Positions 60,501 to 64,000 of a stretch of 64,000 nt of DNA are shown piece after piece; positions within the stretch are counted from its first letter, which is position 1, and each line of letters opens with the position of its first letter. A program made the translations under genes and the position numbers. This stretch comes from Porphyromonadaceae bacterium (lineage in GTDB: Bacteria; Bacteroidota; Bacteroidia; Bacteroidales; UBA12481): the NCBI GenBank assembly GCA_007280905.1, contig QYQM01000022.1:2603-66602 (forward strand), written 5' to 3'. Below the pieces are notes generated by a model that was not told the DNA's origin, ran no database searches, and worked only from the letters and a program-made list of their open reading frames with translations.

Positions 60501-62045
60501 CAACAGTTTAAGAATCAGAGAAGGTGCATCAGATTGCTGATCCTTGTTAACCTCCCCCGAGAATTCACCTACGCGGTAAACCTGTCCGCCTACGGTATAT
60601 TCATAAGCCACAGCAAGGATTTCGTCTGAACTAAGCTGCTGATTTAATGAAATATAACCCAATTTTGCATTCAATTGATACTCCTCGGTCGTTAATCGGC
60701 GTGCGTTCTCAATCTTTTCGTAATCCTGACCACCCAAAAATCCCAGGGCTGCCAAAGGGGTCAGCACACTGGTTACCTGTCCGATATCCCGGATTCCGGA
60801 ATAATTGGCTATAAGATTTTCATAAAGATCATTAAGGGCATTACCCGGATAGCGCCCGGGGCCTTTATATTTTACAAAACTGCTATTGAAAATGTTGGTA
60901 CCTGTGGAGGTGATTCCTTCGGCGAGGTCGATAAAGGCGACCACGTTTCGGGATTCGTTGAAATTGCTGTTTTTATTGGTAACCCAGACTTCAATGCGGT
61001 TAATATTGATCCCCGAGCTAATTACCGGTATGTTTTTCAATGCCTGATCATAGGAATCCCTGAAATAATGGGAGAGAAAGAAATGTTTATTGGATTCATA
61101 TTCATCCGCATGGATCTCAAATTCGTTTGCCACTCCTCCGCCCTGAACATCAATTGATTGTGATTTTCCCTGCTGTTGAGAAAAGATACTGGTAACGGTC
61201 AGCCTTCCGAATTGCATCTCAGTTTTGATCCCAAAGAGGCTTTGGCTGCCGGTAATCAGAGATCCTGAGAGCGGAAGGTTCACATTGCCGGCTTCCACCT
61301 TCCGGAGTATTTCGTCGTCCTTTCCGGTATAGGCAATGCGGGTTTTATTTTCAAAATCAAAGGTGGCTTCCGTATTGTATGTGATCCCCAATTCCAGTTT
61401 ATCACCGATCTGGCCATTGACGTTCATCTGGATCTTGTTGTCAAAGTCGAAGGTGGTATTTTTCCGGACTTTCTCGGGCAGCGACGGATTGTCGGTTTTA
61501 TTGATCTGGATGCCAAAGATGAGTTCAGCCGAGCCCTGTGGTTTGATCAAGATCGTATTGGACCCGAAAATCCGGTCGAATGCTTCACCGCCGATATATA
61601 ATTTCGGGACGAGTCCCTGCTGCGATTGGAACTGTTCTCCGCCCACGCGTTGTTTCCAATATTCCTTTACCGAGCGGGTAAAATCATATTTCTGGTATTG
61701 CGCGGGAGTCAGGAAGTATGGGTATCCAAGATCTTGATTTCCAAGCTTTTGCTGAAATTTGTAATCATTTAAAACAGGATCATAATCAATCGTTGAGGTA
61801 AGATTCTTAGGATCCTTCAGATACAACGGTGAATGTCTGGTCCACAAAGCGGACGGAAATCCTATTGCCAGAGGAATCGGGTACCGAAGTTTAAAAAGGG
61901 TATCCCGTTTGGTGGTATCAACCGCCTGTTTAATTGGAACGGTCGGATTTTTTTGCTGTGCTATCAGGCTGCCCGGCAGTACCAATAGAAAGACCAGAAA
62001 AAGATTATGGCAAATCAGTTTTTGAATCGATGGTCTATGCTGCAT
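54522..62045 (-). CDS. sprA: T9SS translocon / gliding motility protein SprA (Sov)
   Basis: 2507-aa outer-membrane beta-rich protein with a signal peptide. The size, composition and ruvA-sprA-gcvH neighbourhood match SprA as I recall it. No search was run. Confidence 0.85.
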   Translation of the reverse strand: MQHRPSIQKLICHNLFLVFLLVLPGSLIAQQKNPTVPIKQAVDTTKRDTLFKLRYPIPLAIGFPSALWTRHSPLYLKDPKNLTSTIDYDPVLNDYKFQQKLGNQDLGYPYFLTPAQYQKYDFTRSVKEYWKQRVGGEQFQSQQGLVPKLYIGGEAFDRIFGSNTILIKPQGSAELIFGIQINKTDNPSLPEKVRKNTTFDFDNKIQMNVNGQIGDKLELGITYNTEATFDFENKTRIAYTGKDDEILRKVEAGNVNLPLSGSLITGSQSLFGIKTEMQFGRLTVTSIFSQQQGKSQSIDVQGGGVANEFEIHADEYESNKHFFLSHYFRDSYDQALKNIPVISSGININRIEVWVTNKNSNFNESRNVVAFIDLAEGITSTGTNIFNSSFVKYKGPGRYPGNALNDLYENLIANYSGIRDIGQVTSVLTPLAALGFLGGQDYEKIENARRLTTEEYQLNAKLGYISLNQQLSSDEILAVAYEYTVGGQVYRVGEFSGEVNKDQQSDAPSLILKLLKGTNQTPLLPTWDLMMKNIYSIGSSRLNKEEFVLDILYQNDKTGNAINYIPEGAINGKILLSVLNLDNLNSQRDPQPDGIFDFIDQVTVNATKGRIIFPILEPFGSYLRKKIEGGNPDNKTIADRYVFEELYTQTQTVAKQTAEKNKFLMRGSFKSSSSSEIRLNASNISQGSVVVTAGGMKLTENSDYTVDYTMGTVKIINQGLLESGTPIKISLEDQSAFAVQSKAMVGTHLEYRFNKDINVGGTILHLTERPLTNKVTLQDIPISNTIWGFNTNYRKEAPWLTRLIDKLPLIQTKEKSIITFSGEFADLIPGHSRVINPSGSKEGEALIDDFEGSETSFTLNQRQSWVLASTPAGQPELFPEASLSNDPAYGYNRAKLAWYHIDPLFLRNNSATPSHIANNPAEQNSHFTREIQAQEIFPYKESPNNIPVSLQVLNLAFYPNERGPYNYDIRGSRYSAGLDDQGYLRSPQERWGGVMAKLTTNDFEEANVEYLEFWLMNPYVEDAKKEITRDDLDPSLYFNLGNISEDILKDGRKAFENGLSGGNTLNYVDTTAWGRVPVTQSFVNAFDNDVNARKLQDVGLDGLSDDDERSFYAKYLDSLQQVINPASERYQEFLADPSGDDYHYFRGSDYDAVQLGILNRYKKFNGLEGNSATAEQSTEPYPTQSTSLPDVEDINLDNTLNESEAYFQYKVSLRKQDFQIGRNYVTDAIVGKNDQGDPVTWYQFKVPIYEPEKVIGSIQDFKSIRFIRMFLKGFGEPVIMRFATLELVRGEWRKYNLSLLEGGEQLSTPEYTRGKFEVSAVSIEENGSRYPVNYVLPPGIVRTTDPSNPQMIQKNEQAIELKVTDLEDGDARAAYTNQRIDMRQYKRLRMFVHAEAVDETQLRDGDLRAFIRIGSDYTQNYYEYEVPLKLTPHLHPPTKYDQLNLSDRTIVWPDENGFNIELAVFQQLKQARNDAMRLEGSDISLETHYIQNDGNNRIILVGNPNLSNVRTIMIGIRNPARGGNTANDDGLSKTAIIWMNELRLTDFDEAGGWAANGRLSANLADLGNLSLAGNTSVPGFGSIDKKVNDRSREQITQYDISSSLQLGKFFPKDAGVQLPMYIAFSEMMRNPQYNPMDPDIPLQAALDNAKNKQVKDSILYISQDYNRRKSLNFNNIRIEPGSASRRRDPKIWSISNWSLSYSYTEAFARNIKTESNLNKNYNGGLNYVYSANNLKPWEPFKKSSKLDKPAFKLIKDFNLYYQPMMMSFRTNMARRYSEMQLRNVANPEMKIEPTFNKNFNWNRNFDIKWDLTRNLKLDFSNSNIARIDEPDGAIRRGDADYQQKRDSIWNNIVAFGRPIQYHHSINASYSIPINKLPLFNWLTANAAYRIEYDWAAGPITADTIRLGNTIQNNGNFQLNGTASLQSLYNKIGYLKKVDDKYKRRQSATQAKPTKTVKFEADKISLKAKVGKVIVHDLMSSDVKIKFLDQNNRVIELETEVINERRIKVTSDKDIDGGRIEVEGTVEVKDNPFIFVTDNFLRILMGIKNLSLYFTSDNGTVLPGFMPEPKLFGMKNTGGKMAPGFGFALGMQDIGFGDYAAQNGWLTTDSTLHEAYTNALNQSWRFSSNIEPFSDLRITIEAAHSSSSNLEQFYVYGDKGKFTAANAMYRGNFNMTILSIGSAFEKLKAGNGYQSATFETFKNNRVIISKRLAEQRLGKQVTGSPAYDPNTGTVPGYADGYGPTSLDVLIPAFMAAYSNKSANLVSLDAMPGVMNMMPNWKIQYGGLQRSEFVKKYLKQFNLNHAYRSTYSVGSYTTNLYYDPDVQDGLNYVRDVQENFLPEREIGSINITESLSPLIGFDATMQNSLQARVEVKKNRNLTLSLNNNQLMENRSDELVIGTGYRFQEVPITIKTGLNQRKFQSDLDLRFDLSIRNNIMIMRKLEEEVNIPTSGQTVVTAKFTASYRLSTRFELRFYYDQVVNKPIVVTSYPTSNTKIGFNLRFTLTNI

Positions 62046-62064
62046 TGAGATTCCGGTGAAGCGA

Positions 62065-62652
62065 TTAAAGTTTTTTCAAGGCTAGCTTGACAAGTTCTTC
62101 GGCCCCGTTTGACGGGTGTTCCCTAAAGATCTGATCGAGGACTTTGACCGATTCATTCCGGCCGAAGCCAAGCATAACCAAAGCAGATAACGCTTCATCC
62201 TTTGAGGTATTGCCCTGATCCGGCAAAATACCGCCAGCTTCTTCTGTTTTTCCGATTTTATCTCTCAGATCGATAATTACCCGCTGGGCGGTTTTTACAC
62301 CTACTCCTTTCACGCTTTTCAGCAGGTTAACATTGTCGGTCTGCACGGCCCTGCGGATATCATGTGTGGTGAGAGATGACAGCATCATGCGGGCCGTATT
62401 GGGCCCAATTCCGCTTACTGAGATCAGGAGCCTGAACATTTCCCGCTCTTCTCTGGTAGCAAATCCGAAAAGGATATGGGAATCTTCCCTGATAACCTCT
62501 TCGGTCAGGAGGGTTGCCTGCTCCTTTCCACGAAGGGTGGCGTGGGTTTGAAGAGATATCTGGATTAGATATCCGATTCCGCCTTGTTCAAGCACGGCAA
62601 TTGCCGGGGTTAGTTCGGTCAGTTTCCCTGATATATACTCATAAATGGCCAT
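62065..62652 (-). CDS. ruvA: Holliday junction branch migration complex subunit RuvA
   Basis: MIYEYISGKL-type N-terminus, helix-hairpin-helix motifs (SVSGIGPNTA, VKGVGVKTAQR), and C-terminal domain III. Confidence 0.92.
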   Translation of the reverse strand: MAIYEYISGKLTELTPAIAVLEQGGIGYLIQISLQTHATLRGKEQATLLTEEVIREDSHILFGFATREEREMFRLLISVSGIGPNTARMMLSSLTTHDIRRAVQTDNVNLLKSVKGVGVKTAQRVIIDLRDKIGKTEEAGGILPDQGNTSKDEALSALVMLGFGRNESVKVLDQIFREHPSNGAEELVKLALKKL

Positions 62653-62666
62653 GGTACAATCAATGA

Positions 62667-63704
62667 CTATTGTGCTCCGAGAGCATTCTTTTTCAGTTCC
62701 CGATTGGCTTTCCGGGATTTATAAATATCGACCGCCAAGTATATTGCCTGCCTCATGGAATCGGCGCTGGCCTTATCCAGGCCGGCGATTTCATAAGCAG
62801 TACCATGTGCAGGCGAAGTACGGACAAATGGCAGTCCGACAGTATAATTAACACCGGAATCGAATGAAAGTGCCTTAAAGGGAGCCAGACCCTGGTCGTG
62901 GTACATGGCCAGTGCGGCATCAAATTTCTGATAGAGTCCGGATCCGAAATAACCGTCAGCGGCATACGGTCCGAGTACCATAATATTTTCCAGCCGGGCT
63001 ATTTCGAGTGCCGGTTTGATGACTTCTTCCTCTTCCGTACCGAGCAATCCCTGGTCGCCCGAATGTGGATTCAGGCCCAGGACGGCAATCCGGGGGGTTC
63101 CGACATTGAAATCATGGCGCAGGGAATGATCGAGCAGCCGCAGTTTCGACAGCAGGATATCTTTTGTGATTTCTGACGGCACCTGTGCCAGAGGGATATG
63201 GCCGGTAACCACACCCACTTTCAGATAATCACTGACCATAAGCATTAGTACATCATCCGAAGCTAGTTTTTCCTGAAGATACTCGGTATGGCCCTTAAAA
63301 TTAAAATCCTTGCTCTGAATGGTATGTTTGTTAATCGGAGCGGTAACCAGGATATCGATCTGATGTTCAACCAGATCATGAACAGCCATTTCCAATGCAA
63401 TAAAGGCAGCTTCCCCGGCATATCCCGAAGCTTTACCCAGCTCAACGCGGGCATTATCATCGAGACAATTGATCAGGTTTGCTCTGCGGGGGTTGGCTTC
63501 CCTGGCGGTAGCCACACTGTTAAGGCTGAAATTCGGGATATTCAGGGCTTTGCGATGGTAGGCCAGAACCTTTGGTGAGCCATACACCACCGGGGTGCAG
63601 ACATCAAGAATTCTCGGGTCCATCAACGCCTTGATAATCACTTCATATCCGATTCCGTTAATATCGCCCTGGGTAATCCCTACCCGTATTTTATGTTCGT
63701 CCAT
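62667..63704 (-). CDS. pdxA: 4-hydroxythreonine-4-phosphate dehydrogenase
   Basis: GDINGIGYEV, GHTEYL, NPHSGD and TSPAHGTA motifs of PdxA. Confidence 0.9.
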   Translation of the reverse strand: MDEHKIRVGITQGDINGIGYEVIIKALMDPRILDVCTPVVYGSPKVLAYHRKALNIPNFSLNSVATAREANPRRANLINCLDDNARVELGKASGYAGEAAFIALEMAVHDLVEHQIDILVTAPINKHTIQSKDFNFKGHTEYLQEKLASDDVLMLMVSDYLKVGVVTGHIPLAQVPSEITKDILLSKLRLLDHSLRHDFNVGTPRIAVLGLNPHSGDQGLLGTEEEEVIKPALEIARLENIMVLGPYAADGYFGSGLYQKFDAALAMYHDQGLAPFKALSFDSGVNYTVGLPFVRTSPAHGTAYEIAGLDKASADSMRQAIYLAVDIYKSRKANRELKKNALGAQ

Positions 63705-63713
63705 ATGATTGTC

Positions 63714-64000
63714 TTACAGTTGGTAATATTTGGTAATGAATTCAAGCAGTAATCTGACCCCGGTTCCGGTACCTCCGATTCCCCGGTAGCTTTCGCGGGA
63801 GGTAAGGAAGGCTGTTCCGGCGATATCGATATGTATCCATGGATAATCGGTAAACCGCTCCAGGAATTTACCGGCTGTAATGGCTCCGGCATTTCGTCCT
63901 CCGATATTTTTCATGTCGGCAATTTCCGATTCGAGCAGTTTTGCATAATCTTCCCAAAGCGGAAATCTTACCAGTCTTTCATGAACGGAAAACCCTGCCT
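63714..64000 (-). CDS. pepA: leucyl aminopeptidase (M17), C-terminal fragment; 5' end lies outside the window
   Basis: C-terminal M17 pattern NIGGRNAGAITAGKFLERF...WIHIDIAGTA. The frame stays open to the window edge. Confidence 0.8.
   Translation of the reverse strand, partial: AGFSVHERLVRFPLWEDYAKLLESEIADMKNIGGRNAGAITAGKFLERFTDYPWIHIDIAGTAFLTSRESYRGIGGTGTGVRLLLEFITKYYQL

Overview
The window reads as a compact, largely syntenic core-genome segment of a Bacteroidota chromosome. The phylum call rests on SprA (T9SS translocon), a T9SS C-terminal sorting-domain cargo, an LpxC/FabZ fusion, GSCFA and LptE-type genes, and TAnnTTTG-type -7 boxes. About 60 protein genes and one tRNA-Ser(GGA) are supported, and nearly all are housekeeping:

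- aspS (3' fragment), tadA, aroB, proline dehydrogenase, dprA, gdhA, tatD
- exbB-exbD-exbD, tatCA, leuS, purN
- acpP-fabF-rnc, a two-component pair, lepA, groESL, secG
- lptE with a sigma-54 activator, kdsB, queG
- a complete sufBCDSE plus sufT-like operon, thiL
- HD-lpxD-lpxC/fabZ-lpxA, rimP-nusA-infB
- pepA-pdxA-ruvA-sprA-gcvH

I see no CRISPR array, transposase, integrase, phage gene, toxin-antitoxin pair or recognisable defence system. I cannot honestly point to a clear novel gene system.

The most unusual signal is non-coding. Almost every longer intergenic spacer holds short GC-rich stem-tetraloop or hexaloop hairpins, belonging to at least four repeat families.

- Two 117-bp REPIN-like palindromic doublets bracket tadA and carry a compensatory stem substitution.
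- GTAG-prefixed REP hairpins are embedded in the 5' ends of two ORFs.
- A MITE-like element with terminal inverted repeats (TIRs) lies next to tatC.
- A hairpin cluster sits in the infB/gcvH spacer.
- These hairpins are often flanked by 7-8-nt tandem tracts.

Secondary leads:

- A same-strand run of uncharacterised envelope proteins at 3.6-8.6 kb: a LolA-like protein, a long signal-peptide YidD-like protein, and two paralogous TPR proteins with a PGxGxIYS membrane tail.
- A promoter plus intrinsic-terminator leader in front of rimP-nusA-infB.
- A perfect 8-3-8 palindrome in the suf promoter.

All protein calls come from reading the supplied translations for family motifs. No database search was run.
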